From the human T2T-CHM13v2.0 reference genome, Homo sapiens: a stretch of 64,000 nucleotides of DNA. The number at the start of each line of letters is the position of its first letter. Position 1 is the first letter of the stretch. The position numbers and the translations under genes are program-made. This document shows, piece after piece, positions 49,801 through 64,000 of this stretch. The stretch lies in assembly GCF_009914755.1 (NCBI RefSeq), contig NC_060948.1; one strand, given 5' to 3'. The notes beneath the pieces are model-generated. The model was not told the DNA's origin, made no database searches, and saw only the letters and a program-made list of their open reading frames with translations.

Positions 49801-52800
49801 TCGAACGGAATGGACTCGAAGGGAAAAGACTGCAATGGAAAGGTCTCGAATGGAATGGAAATTAATGGAATGGAATGGAATCGAATGAAATGGAGTCAAA
49901 AGGAATGGAATCGAATGGCAAGAAATCGAATGTAATGGAATCACAAGGAATTGATGTGAACGGAACGGAATGGAATGGAATCCAAAGGAATGGAATAGAA
50001 TGGAATGGAATCGAATGGAAAGGACTCGAATGGAAATCACTCGAATAGAATGCAATTTAATAAAATAGGATCAAATGTAATGGAATGGAATGGAAAGGAA
50101 TCGAAACGAAAGGAATGGAGACAGATGGAATGGAATGGAACAGAGAGCAATGGTATAGAATGGAATGGAATCATCTGGAATGGAATTGAATGGAATGGAA
50201 TAATATGAAATGGAATGGAATGGAATGGAATGGAATGGAATGCCCTTGAATTAAATGGAATGGACTCGAACAGAGTGGAATGGAAAGTGTTGAGATAGCA
50301 TGGAATGGACTCCTTCGGAATGGTCTAGTATGCAATGCAATCGACTGGCAGGGAATCAAAAGGAATGTAATCGAATGGATTGGACTGGAATGCAATGGAC
50401 TCGAATAGATTGGAAACGGAATGCAAAGGAATGGAATGGAATAGTATGGAATGGAATGGAAAGGAATGGAGTGGAATAGACTAGAGTGGAATGGAATGGA
50501 CTGGAAAGCAATGGACTGGAATGGAACTTTCTTGAATGGACTGGAATCAAACGGAATGGAATGCAATGCAATCAAATGGCATGGAATAAAATAGAATGAA
50601 AGAGAATCAAATGGAATTGAATCGAATGGAATCGAATGGATTGGAAAGGAATAGAATGGAATGGAATGGAATTGACTCAAATGGAATGGACTAGAATGGA
50701 ATGGATTCGAATGGAAGGCAAAGGAATGGAATCTATTGGAATGGACTGTAATGGAATGGAATGGAAGGGATTGGAATGGACTCGAATGGAATGGACTGCA
50801 ATAGAAAGGATTCGAATGGAATGAAAAAGAATTGAATGGAATAGAACAGAATGGAATCAAATCGAATGAAATGGAATGGAATAGAAAGGAATGGAATGAA
50901 ATGGAATGGAAAGGATTCGAATGGAATGCAATCGAATGGAATGGAATCGAACGGAATGGAATAAAATGGAAGAAAACTGGCAAGAAATGGAATCGAAATG
51001 AATGGAGTGTTATGGAACGGACTCAAAAGGAATTGAATGTAATAGAATGGAGTGGAGTGGACTCGAATATAATGGACTGGAATGGAATGAAATCACATGG
51101 AATGGGAACGAATGGAATGGAATGGAAAGGAATGGAATGGAATGGAAAGGAATCGAACGGAAGGGAATGAAATTGAATCAACAGGAATGGAAGGGAAAAG
51201 AATAGACGGTAATGGAATGGACTCGAATAGAATGGACACGAATGCTCAAATTGAATGGACTCGAAAGGAATGGAAAGGAAAGGAATGTCATCGAATGGAA
51301 TTGAATCGATTGGAATGAAATCGCATAGAATGGAGTGGAATCAAATGGAATTGAATCGAAAGGAAAGGAAGCGAATGGACTGAAATGAAATGGAATGGAA
51401 TTGAATGGAAAGTAATGCAATGGAATAGAATGGAACGAAATTTCACGGAATGGAATCAAACTGAATGGAATCAAATCAATGTAATCTAATCAAATGGAAT
51501 GGAAAGGAATTGAATGGAGTAGATTGGATTGGATGGGATTGGAATGAAATGTACTGGAAAGGACTCGAATTTCATGAAACGGAATGGAATGAATTGGAAC
51601 GGAATGGACTCGAATGGAATGGAATGTCATCGAATGGCATCAAATGGAATGGCATCAAATGGAATGGAATCGAATGCAATGGAATGCTATGGAATGGAAT
51701 GGAATGCATTGGAATGGAATGTCCTCTAATGGAATGGATTCGAGTGGAATGGAATCGAATATAATGGAGTCGAATGAAATGGAATTGAAAAGAATGGGAT
51801 CGAATACAATGGAATATACTGGAATGTAATGTAATGAACTCGAATGTAATTGACTGGAATGGAATGTACATGAATGGAATGTAATCGAATAGAAAGTAAT
51901 CCAATGGAATAGAATGTAATGCAATAAAATCGACTCAGATAGAGTAGAATGTAATGGAATGGAGTGCAGTGCAATGGAATGGAATGGAATGGAATGCAAT
52001 GGAATGGAATGGAATGGAATGGAATGGGATGGAATGGTATGGAATGGATAGTAATGGACTGGAGTGAAATGGACTGGAAAGGAATGGACTCAAATTGAAA
52101 GGGCTCGAAAGGAATGGAGACAAATGGAATGGTCTGGAATGGAATGAACACGAATGTAATGCAATCCAATAGAATGGAGTCGAATGGCAGGGAATATAAA
52201 GAAATGGAATCGAAGAGAATGGAAACAAACGGAATGGAATTGAATGGAATGGAATTGAATGGAATGGGAACGAATGGAGTGAAATTGTATGCAGTAGAAG
52301 AGAATAGAATGGAATGCAAGCGAAAGGAAAGGAATGGATTGGAATGGAATGGAATTCATTGGAATGGAAGGGAATGTAGTGTAATGGACAGGCCTGGAAT
52401 AAAGTGGAATGCTACGGTCTCGAATGGAATAAAAATGTATGGAATGGAATGCAATGAAACGGAATCGAATGTCATAGAATGTAATGGAATGCAAAAAAAT
52501 GGAATCCAAAATCATTGACTGGAAAGGCTGGGTGTCGAAAGGAATTGACTCCAATGGAATGGAATCGAATGGAATGGAAGTGAATAGAATCAAACTAAAT
52601 CGAATGGAATGGAATTGATAGGAACGGAATGGAAAGGAATGCAATGATTTGGCATGGAATGGAATCGAATGGCATCGAATGGAATGGAATGGAATGCAAT
52701 GGAATGGAATGTATTAGAATGTAATGAACTTTAATGGAATGTACTCGAATGGATTCGACTGGAATGGAATGTTCTGGAAGTGAATGGACTCCAATGGAAT

Positions 52801-55800
52801 GGATTCAAAAGGAATGGAATCGTACGGAATGGAATCTAATGGAATGGAATTAAATGGAAATGAATCAAATTGAATAGCACGGAATTGAATTGAATGGAAT
52901 CGAATGCAATGGAATCTAATGAAACGGAAAGGAAAGGAATGGAATGGAATGGAATGGGCTGGAATGGAAAGGAATCGAAACGAATGGAATGGAATCGAAC
53001 TGAAGAGACTGGAATGGAATGCACTGGAATGGAAGGGAGTGTAATGGAAGGTTCTCGAAAAAAATGGAATCGAATGGAATGGAATTGAATGGAACGGAAT
53101 AGAGTCGAATGGAATTGAATGGAATGGAATGGACTAGAGTGAAATGGAATCGAACCACAAGGAATGGACAGGAATAGAATGGTCTCGAATTGAATGGAAT
53201 CGTATGGAATGGTCAAACGGAATGGAATGGACAGTCACGGAATGGAATGCACTCGAATGCAATGGAGTCGAAACTAATGGACTGGAATAGAATGGATTCG
53301 ACTGGTACGGACTCCAATGGAATGGAATCGAATGGAAGGGAATCGAACGGAATGGACTCGAAGGGAAAAGACTGCAATGGAAAGGTCTCGAATGGAATGG
53401 AAATTAATGGAATGGAATGGAATCGAATGAAATGGAGTCAAAAGGAATGGAATCGAATGGCAAGAAATCAAATGTAATGGAATCGCAAGGAATTGATGTG
53501 AACGGAACGGAATGGAATGGAATCCAAAGGAATGGAATAGAATGGAATGGAATCGAATGGAAAGGACTCGAATGGAAATCACTCGAATAGAATGCAATTT
53601 AATAAAATAGGATCAAATGTAATGGAATGGAATGGAAAGGAATCGAAACGAAAGGAATGGAGACCGATGGAATGGAATGGAACAGAGAGCAATGGTATAG
53701 AATGGAATGGAATCATCTGGAATGGAATTGAATGGAATGGAATAATATGAAATGGAATGGAATGGAATGGAATGGAATGCCCTTGAATTAAATGGACTGG
53801 AATGGAATGGACTCGAACAGAGTGGAATGGAAAGTGTTGAGGTAGAATGGAATGGACTCCTTTGGAATGGTGTAGTATGCAATGTAATCGACTGGCAGGG
53901 AATCAAAAGGAATGTAATCGAATGGATTGGACTGGAATGCAATGGACTCGAATAGATTGGAAACGGAATGCAAAGGAATGGAATGGAATAGTATGGAATG
54001 GAATGGAAAGGAATGGAGTGGAATAGACTAGAGTGGAATGGAATGGACTGGAAAGCAATGGACTGGAATGGAACTTTCTTGAATGGACTGGAATCAAACG
54101 GAATGGAATGCAATGCAATCAAATGGCATGGAATAAAATAGAATGAAAGAGAATCAAATGGAATTGAATCGAATGGAATCGAATGGATTGGAAAGGAATA
54201 GAATGGAATGGAATGGAATTGACTCAAATGGAATGGACTAGAATGGAATGGATTCGAATGGAAGGCAAAGGAATGGAATCTATTGGAATGGAATGTAATG
54301 GAATGGAATGGAAGGGATTGGAATGGACTCGAATGGAATGGACTGCAATAGAAAGGATTCGAATGGAATGAAAAAGAATTGAATGGAATAGAACAGAATG
54401 GAATCAAATCGAATGAAATGGAATGGAATAGAAAGGAATGGAATGAAATGGAATGGAAAGGATTCGAATGGAATGCAATCGAATGGAATGGAATCGAACG
54501 GAATGGAATAAAATGGAAGAAAACTGGCAAGAAATGGAATCGAAATGAATGGAGTGTTATGGAACGGACTCAAAAGGAATTGAATGTAATAGAATGGAGT
54601 GGAGTGGACTCGAATATAATGGACTGGAATGGAATGAAATCACATGGAATGGGAACGAATGGAATGGAATGGAAAGGAATGGAATGGAATGGAAAGGAAT
54701 CGAATGGAAGGGAATGAAAATGAATCAACAGGAATGGAAGGGAATAGAATAGACGGTAATGGAATGGACTCGAATAGAATGGACACGAATGCTCAAATTG
54801 AATGGACTCGAAAGGAATGGAAAGGAAAGGAATGTCATCGAATGGAATTGAATCGATTGGAATGAAATCGCATAGAATGGAGTGGAATCAAATGGAATTG
54901 AATCGAAAGGAAAGGAAGCGAATGGACTGAAATGAAATGGAATGGAATTGAATGGAAAGTAATGCAATGGAATAGAATGGAACGAAATTTCACGGAATGG
55001 AATCAAACTGAATGGAATCAAATCAATGGAATCTAATCAAATGGAATGGAAAGGAATTGAATGGAGTAGATTGGATTGGATGGGATTGGAATGAAATGTA
55101 CTGGAAAGGACTCGAATTTCATGAAACGGAATGGAATGAATTGGAACGGAATGGACTCGAATGGAATGGAATGTCATCGAATGGCATCAAATGGAATGGC
55201 ATCAAATGGAATGGAATAGAATGCAATGGAATGCTATGGAATGGAATGGAATGCATTGGAATGGAATGTCCTCTAATGGAATGGATTCGAGTGGAATGGA
55301 ATCGAATATAATGGAGTCGAATGAAATGGAATTGAAAAGAATGGGATCGAATACAATGGAATATACTGGAATGTAATGTAATGAACTCGAATGTAATTGA
55401 CTGGAATGGAATGTACATGAATGGAATGTAATCGAATAGAAAGTAATCCAATGGAATAGAATGTAAAGCAATAAAATCGACTCAGATAGAGTAGAATGTA
55501 ATGGAATGGAGTGTAGTGCAATGGAATGGAATGGAATGGAATGCAATGGAATGGAATGGAATGGAATGGAATGGGATGGAATGGTATGGAATGGATAGTA
55601 ATGGACTGGAGTGAAATGGACTGGAAAGGAATGGACTCAAATTGAAAGGGCTCGAAAGGAATGGAGACAAATGGAATGGTCTGGAATGGAATGAACACGA
55701 ATATAATGCAATCCAATAGAATGGAGTCGAATGGCAGGGAATATAAAGAAATGGAATCGAAGAGAATGGAAACAAATGGAATGGAATTGAATGGAATGGA

Positions 55801-58800
55801 ATTGAATGGAATGGGAACGAATGGAGTGAAATTGTATGCAGTAGAAGAGAATAGAATGGAATGCAAGCGAAAGGAAAGGAATGGATTGGAATGGAATGGA
55901 ATTCATTGGAATGGAAGGGAATGTAGTGTAATGGACAGGCCTGGAATAAAGTGGAATGCTACGGTCTCGAATGGAATAAAAATGTATGGAATGGAATGCA
56001 ATGAAACGGAATCGAATGTCATAGAATGTAATGGAATGCAAAAAAATGGAATCCAAAATCATTGACTGGAAAGGCTGGGTGTCGAAAGGAATTGACTCCA
56101 ATGGAATGGAATCGAATGGAATGGAAGTGAATAGAATCAAACTAAATCGAATGGAATGGAATTGATAGGAACGGAATGGAAAGGAATGCAATGATTTGGC
56201 ATGGAATGGAATCGAATGGCATCAAATGGAATGGAATGGAATGCAATGGAATGGAATGTATTAGAATATAATGAACTTTAATGGAATGTACTCGAATGGA
56301 TTCGACTGTAATGGAATGTTCTGGAAGTGAATGGACTCCAATGGAATGGATTCCAAAGGAATGGAATCGTACGGAATGGAATCTAATGGAATGGAATTAA
56401 ATGGAAATGAATCAAATTGAATAGCACGGAATTGAATTGAATGGAATGGAATGCAATGGAATCTAATGAAACGGAAAGGAAAGGAATGCAATGGAATGGA
56501 ATGGGCTGGAATGGAAAGGAATCGAAACGAATGGAATGGAATCGAACTGAAGAGACTGGAATGGAAAGCACTGGAATGGAAGGGAGTGTAATGGAAGGTT
56601 CTCGAAAAAAATGGAATCGAATGGAATGGAATTGAATGGAACGGAATAGAGTCGAATGCAATTGAATGGAATGGAATGGACTAGAGTGAAATGGAATCGA
56701 ACCACAAGGAATGGACAGGAATAGAATGGTCTCGAATTGAATGTAATCGTATGGAATGGCATCAAACGGAATGGAATGGACAGCCACGGAATGGAATGCA
56801 CTCGAATGCAATGGAGTCGAAACTAATGGACTGGAATAGAATGGATTCGACTGGTACGGACTCCAATGGAATGGAATCGAATGGAAGGGAATCGAACGGA
56901 ATGGACTCGAAGGGAAAAGACTGCAATGGAAAGGTCTCGAATGGAATGGAAATTAATGGAATGGAATGGAATCGAATGAAATGGAGTCAAAAGGAATGGA
57001 ATCGAATGGCAAGAAATCAAATGTAATGGAATCGCAAGGAATTGATGTGAACGGAACGGAATGGAATGGAATCCAAAGGAATGGAATAGAATGGAATGGA
57101 ATCGAATGGAAAGGACTCGAATGGAAATCACTCGAATAGAATGCAATTTAATAAAATAGGATCAAATGTAATGGAATGGAATGGAAAGGAATCGAAACGA
57201 AAGGAATGGAGACCGATGGAATGGAATGGAACAGAGAGCAATGGTATAGAATGGAATGGAATCATCTGGAATGGAATTGAATGGAATGGAATAATATGAA
57301 ATGGAATGGAATGGAATGGAATGGAATGCCCTTGAATTAAATGAACTGGAATGGAATGGACTCGAACAGAGTGGAATGGAAAGTGTTGAGATAGAATGGA
57401 ATGGACTCCTTTGGAATGGTCTAGCATGCAATGCAATCGACTGGCAGGGAATCAAAAGGAATGTAATCGAATGGATTGGACTGGAATGCAATGGACTCGA
57501 ATAGATTGGAAACGGAATGCAAAGGAATGGAATGGAATAGTATGGAATGGAATGGAAAGGAATGGAGTGGAATAGACTAGAGTGGAATGGAATGGACTCG
57601 AAAGCAATGGACTGGAATGGAACTTTCTTGAATGGACTGGAATCAAACGGAATGGAATGCAATGCAATCAAATGGCATGGAATAAGATAGAATGAAAGAG
57701 AATCAAATGGAATTGAATGGAATGGAATCGAATGGATTGGAAAGGAATAGAATGGAATGGAATGGAATTGACTCAAATGGAATGGACTAGAATGGAATGG
57801 ATTCGAATGGAAGGCAAAGGAATGGAATCTATTGGAATGGACTGTAATGGAATGCAATGAAAGGGATTGGAATGGACTCGAATGGAATGGACTGCAATAG
57901 AAAGGATTCGAATGGAATGAAAAAGAATTGAATGGAATAGAACAGAATGGAATCAAATCGAATGAAATGGAATGGAATAGAAAGGAATGGAATGAAATGG
58001 AATGGAAAGGATTCGAATGGAATGCAATCGAATGGAATGGAATCGAACGGAATGGAATAAAATGGAAGAAAACTGGCAAGAAATGGAATCGAAATGAATG
58101 GAGTGTTATGGAATGGACTCAAAAGGAATTGAATGTAATAGAATGGAGTGGAGTGGACTCGAATATAATGGACTGGAATGGAATGAAATCACACGGAATG
58201 GGAACGAATGGAATGGAATGGAAAGGAATGGAATCGAATGGAAAGGAATCGAATGGAAGGGAATGAAATTGAATCAACAGGAATGGAAGGGAATAGAATA
58301 GACGGTAATGGAATGGACTCGAATAGAATGGACACGAATGCTCAAATTGAATGGACTTGAATGGAATGGAAACGAAAGGAATGTCATCGAATGGAATTGA
58401 ATCGATTGGAATGAAATCGCATAGAATGGAGTGGAATCAAATGGAATTGAATCGAAAGGAAAGGAAGCGAATGGACTGAAATGAAATGGAATGGAATTGA
58501 ATGGAAAGTAATGCAATGGAATAGAATGGAACGAAATTTCACGGAATGGAATCAAACTGAATGGAATCAAATCAATAGAATCAAATCAAATGGAATGGAA
58601 AGGAATTGAATGGAGTAGATTGGATTGGATGGGATTGGAATGAAATGTACTGGAAAGGACTCGAATTTCATGAAACGGAATGGAATGAATTGGAACGGAA
58701 TGGACTCGAATGGAATGGAATGTCATGGAATGGCATCAAATGGAATGGCATCAAATGGAATGGAATCGAATGCAATGGAATGCTATGGAATGGAATGGAA

Positions 58801-61800
58801 TGCATTGGAATGGAATGTCCTCTAATGGAATGGATTCGAGTGGAATGGAATCGAATATAATGGAGTCGAATGAAATGGAATTGAAAAGAATGGGATCGAA
58901 TACAATGGAATATACTGGAATGAAATGTAATGAACTCGAATGTAATTGACTGGAATGGAATGTACATGAATGGAATGTAATCGAATGGAAAGTAATCCAA
59001 TGGAATAGAATCTAATGCAATAAAATCGACTCAGATAGAGTAGAATGTAATGGAATGGAGTGCAGTGCAATGGAATGGAATGGAATGGAATGCAATGGAA
59101 TGGAATGGAATGGAATGGAATGGGATGGAATGGTATGGAATGGATAGTAATGGACTGGAGTGAAATGGACTGGAAAGGGATGGACTCAAATTGAAAGGGC
59201 TCGAAAGGAATGGAGACAAATGGAATGGTCTGGAATGGAATGAACACGAATGTAATGCAATCCAATAGAATGGAGTCGAATGGCATGGAATATAAAGAAA
59301 TGGAATCGAAGAGAATGGAAACAAATGGAATGGAATTGAATGGAATGGAATTGAATGGAATGGGAACGAATGGAGTGAAATTGTATGCAGTAGAAGAGAA
59401 TAGAATGGAATGCAAGCGAAAGGAAAGGAATGGATTGGAATGGAATGGAATTCATTGGAATGGAAGGGAATGTAGTGTAATGGACAGGCCTGGAATAAAG
59501 TGGAATGCTACGGTCTCGAATGGAATAAAAATGTATGGAATGGAATGCAATGAAACGGAATCGAATGTCATAGAATGTAATGGAATGCAAAAAAATGGAA
59601 TCCAAAATCATTGACTGGAAAGGCTGGGTGTCGAAAGGAATTGACTCCAATGGAATGGAATCGAATGGAATGGAAGTGAATAGAATCAAACTAAATCGAA
59701 TGGAATGGAATTGATAGGAACGGAATGGAAAGGAATGCAATGATTTGGCATGGAATGGAACCGAATGGCATCGAATGGAATGGAATGGAATGCAATGGAA
59801 TGGAATGTATTAGAATGTAATGAACTTTAATGGAATGTACTCGAATGGATTCGACTGGAATGGAATGTTCTGGAAGTGAATGGACTCCAATGGAATGGAT
59901 TCAAAAGGAATGCAATCGTACGGAATGGAATCTAATGGAATGGAATTAAATGGAAATGAATCAAATTGAATAGCACGGAATTGAATTGAATGGAATGGAA
60001 TGCAATGGAATCTAATGAAACGGAAAGGAAAGGAATGGAATGGAATGGAATGGGCTGGAATGGAAAGGAATCGAAACGAATGGAATGGAATCGAACTGAA
60101 GAGACTGGAATGGAATGCACTGGAATGGAAGGGAGTGTAATGGAAGGTTCTCGAAAAAAAAGGAATCGAATGGAATGGAATTGAATGGAACGGAATAGAG
60201 TCGAATGGAATTGAATGGAATGGAATGGACTAGAGTGAAATGGAATCGAACCACAAGGAATGGGCAGGAATAGAATGGTCTCGAATTGAATGGAATCGTA
60301 TGGAATGGCATCAAACGGAATGGAATGGACAGCCCCGGAATGGAATGCACTCGAATGCAATGGAGTCGAAACTAATGGACTGGAATAGAATGGACTCGAC
60401 TGGTACGGACTCCAATGGAATGGAATCGAATGGAAGGGAATCGAACGGAATGGACTCGAAGGGAAAAGACTGCAATGGAAAGGTCTCGAATGGAATGGAA
60501 ATTAATGGAATGGAATGGAATCGAATGAAATGGAGTCAAAAGGAATGGAATCGAAGGGCAAGAAATCGAATGTAATGGAATCGCAAGGAATTGATGTGAA
60601 CGGAATGGAATGGAATGGAATCCAAAGGAATGGAATAGAATGGAATGGAATCGAATGGAAAGGACTCGAATGGAAATCACTCGAATAGAATGCAATTTAA
60701 TAAAATAGGATCAAATGTAATGGAATGGAATGGAAAGGAATCGAAACGAAAGGAATGGAGACAGATGGAATGGAATGGAACAGAGAGCAATGGTATAGAA
60801 TGGAATGGAATCATCTGGAATGGAATTGAATGGAATGGAATAATATGAAATGGAATGGAATGGAATGGAATGGAATGCCCTTGAATTAAATGGACTGGAA
60901 TGGAATGGACTCGAACAGAGTGGAATGGAAAGTGTTGAGATAGAATGGAATGGACTCCTTTGGAATGGTGTAGTATGCAATGCAATCGACTGGCAGGGAA
61001 TCAAAAGGAATGTAATGGAATGGATTGGACTGGAATGCAATGGACTCGAATAGATTGGAAACGGAATGCAAAGGAATGGAATGGAATAGGATGGAATGGA
61101 ATGGAAAGGAATGGAGTGGAATAGACTAGAGTGGAATGGAATGGACTGGAAAGCAATGGACTGGAATGGAACTTTCTTGAATGGACTGGAATCAAACGGA
61201 ATAGAATGCAATGCAATCAAATGGCATGGAATAAAATAGAATGAAAGAGAATCAAATGGAATTGAATCGAATGGAATCGAATGGATTGGAAAGGAATAGA
61301 ATGGAATGGAATGGAATTGTCTCAAATGGAATGGATTCGAATGGAATGGATTCGAATGGAAGGCAAAGGAATGGAATCTATTGGAATGGACTGTAATGGA
61401 ATGGAATGGAATGGAATGGAAAGGATTGGAATGGACTCGAATGGAATGGACTGCAATAGAAAGGATTCGAATGGAATTAAAAAGAATTGAATGGAATAGA
61501 ACAGAATGGAATCAAATCGAATGAAATGGAATGGAATAGAAAGGAATGGAATGAAATGGAATGGAAAGGATTCGAATGGAATGCAATCGAATGGAATGGA
61601 ATCGAACAGAATGGAATAAAATGGAAGAAAACTGGCAAGAAATGGAATCGAAATGAATGGAGTGTTATGGAACGGACTCAAAAGGAATTGAATGTAATAG
61701 AATGGAGTGGAGTGGACTCGAATATAATGGACTGGAATGGAATGAAATCACATGGAATGGGAACGAATGGAATGGAATGGAAAGGAATGGAATCGAATGG

Positions 61801-64000
61801 AAAGGAATCGAATGGAAGGGAATGAAATTGAATCAACAGGAATGGAAGGGAATAGAATAGACGGTAATGGAATGGACTCGAATAGAATGGACACGAATGC
61901 TCAAATTGAATGGACTCGAATGGAATGGAAACGAAAGGAATGTCATCGAATGGAATTGAATGGATTGGAATGAAATCGCATAGAATGGAGTGGAATCAAA
62001 TGGAATTGAATCGAAAGGAAAGGAAGCGAATGGACTGAAATGAAATGGAATGGAATTGAATGGAAAGTAATGCAATGGAATAGAATGGAAGGAAATTTCA
62101 CGGAATGGAATCAAACTGAATGGAATCAAATCAATGGAATCTAATCAAATGGAATGGAAAGGAATTGAATGGAGTAGATTGGATTGGATGGGATTGGAAT
62201 GAAATGTACTGGAAAGGACTCGAATTTCATGAAACGGAATGGAATGAATTGGAACGGAATGGACTCGAATGGAATGGAATGTCATGGAATGGCATCAAAT
62301 GGAATGGCATCAAATGGAATGGAATCGAATGCAATGGAATGCTATGGAATGGAATGGAATGCATTGGAATGGAATGTCCTCTAATGGAATGGATTCGAGT
62401 GGAATGGAATCGAATATAATGGAGTCGAATGAAATGGAATTGAAAGGAATGGGATCGAATAGAATGGAATATACTGGAATGTAATGTAATGAACTCGAAT
62501 GTAATTGACTGGAATGGAATGTACATGAATGGAATGTAATCGAATGGAAAGTAATCCAATGGAACAGAATCTAATGCAATAAAATCGACTCAGATAGAGT
62601 AGAATGTAATGGAATGGAGTGCAGTGCAATGGAATGGAATGGAATGGAATGCAATTGAATGGAATGGAATGGAATGGAATGGAATGGAATGGAATGGAAT
62701 GGGATGGAATGGTATGGAATGGATAGTAATGGACTGGAGTGAAATGGACTGGAAAGGAATGGACTCAAATTGAAAGGGCTCGAAAGGAATGGAGTCAAAT
62801 GGAATGGTCTGGAATGGAATGAACACGAATGTAATGCAATCCAATAGAATGGAATCGAATGGCATGGAATATAAAGAAATGGAATCGAAGAGAATGGAAA
62901 CAAATGGAATGGAAGTGAATGGAATGGAATTGAATGGAATGGGAACGAATGGAGTGAAATTGTATGCAGTAGAAGAGAATAGAATGGAATGCAAGCGAAA
63001 GGAAAGGAATGGATTGGAATGGAATGGAATTCATTGGAATGGAAGGGAATGTAGTGTAATGGACAGGCCTGGAATAAAGTGGAATGCTACGGTCTCGAAT
63101 GGAATAAAAATGTATGGAATGGAATGCAATGAAACGGAATCGAATGTCATAGAATGTAATGGAATGCAAAAAAATGGAATCCAAAATCATTGACTGGAAA
63201 GGCTGGGTGTCGAAAGGAATTGACTCCAATGGAATGGAATCGAATGGAATGGAAGTGAATAGAATCGAACTAAATCGAATGGAATGGAATTGATAGGAAC
63301 GGAATGGAAAAGAATGCAATGATTTGGCATGGAATGGAATCGAATGGCATCGAATGGAATGGAATGGAATGCAATGGAATGGAATGTATTAGAATGTAAT
63401 GAACTTTAATGGAATGTACTCGAATGGATTCGACTGGAATGGAATGTTCTGGAAGTGAATGGACTCCAATGGAATGGATTCAAAAGGAATGGAATCGTAC
63501 GGAATGGAAACTAATGGAATGGAATTAAATGGAAATGAATCAAATTGAATAGCACGGAATTGAATTGAATGGAATCGAATGCAATGGAATCTAATGAAAC
63601 GGAAAGGAAAGGAATGGAATGGAATGGAATGGGCTGGAATGGAACGGAATCGAAACGAATGGAATGGAATCGAACTGAAGAGACTGGAATGGAATGCACT
63701 GGAATGGAAGGGAGTGTAATGGAAGGTTCTCGAAAAAAATGGAATTGAATGGAATGGAATTGAATGGAACGGAATAGAGTCGAATGGAATTGAATGGAAT
63801 GGAATGGACTAGAGTGAAATGGAATCGAACCACAAGGAATGGACAGGAATAGAATGGTCTCGAATTGAATGGAATCGTATGGAATGGCATCAAACGGAAT
63901 GGAATGGACAGCCACGGAATGGAATGCACTCGAATGCAATGGAGTCGAAACTAAAGGACTGGAATAGAATGGACTCGACTGGTACGGACTCCAATGGAAT

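Larger units (their letters stand above)
23946..64000 (+). repeat. DYZ1: DYZ1 / human satellite 3 (Y-type) array, GGAAT on the + strand, ~3.5-3.58 kb unit, open at the right edge
   Basis: Degenerate GGAAT pentamers. Landmark TCGACTGGCAGGG at 23982, 26761, 30305, 33874, 36278, 39792, 43306, 46813, 50341, 53888, 57437, 60986. One conserved HaeIII site (GGACAGGCCTG) and EcoRI site per full unit. Contains TTGAATGGAATGGGAACGAATGG (28675) and GGACAGGCCTGGAATAAAGTGGA (28806), which I recall as the classic DYZ1 sexing-PCR primer sites. Confidence 0.97.

Noticed and set aside
23997-63939. MEWNG- and IPFHS-repeat ORFs up to 305 aa
   Set aside because: Expected from stop-poor (GGAAT)n/(ATTCC)n; they overlap in several frames and open or close with random variants.

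Overview
The window is entirely satellite DNA and matches human Yq12 heterochromatin across one array boundary. Positions 1-23946 hold about 10 tandem copies of the ~2.41 kb DYZ2/HSat1B composite unit (AT-rich segment, minus-strand Alu, HSATI-like segment). Positions 23946-64000 hold about 11.9 copies of the ~3.5-3.58 kb DYZ1/HSat3 unit built from degenerate GGAAT pentamers. I see no credible gene: all listed ORFs are repeat translations. I cannot support a new biological system here. The best leads are: three perfect in-register heat-shock elements per DYZ1 unit; diverged units on both sides of a nearly blunt DYZ2/DYZ1 junction; a recent 2404-bp out-of-register tandem duplication with 15-bp microhomology; a 2.78-kb deleted first DYZ1 unit; and variant patches recurring at 2- or 3-unit offsets. 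All coordinates and counts were read by eye and need confirming by alignment.
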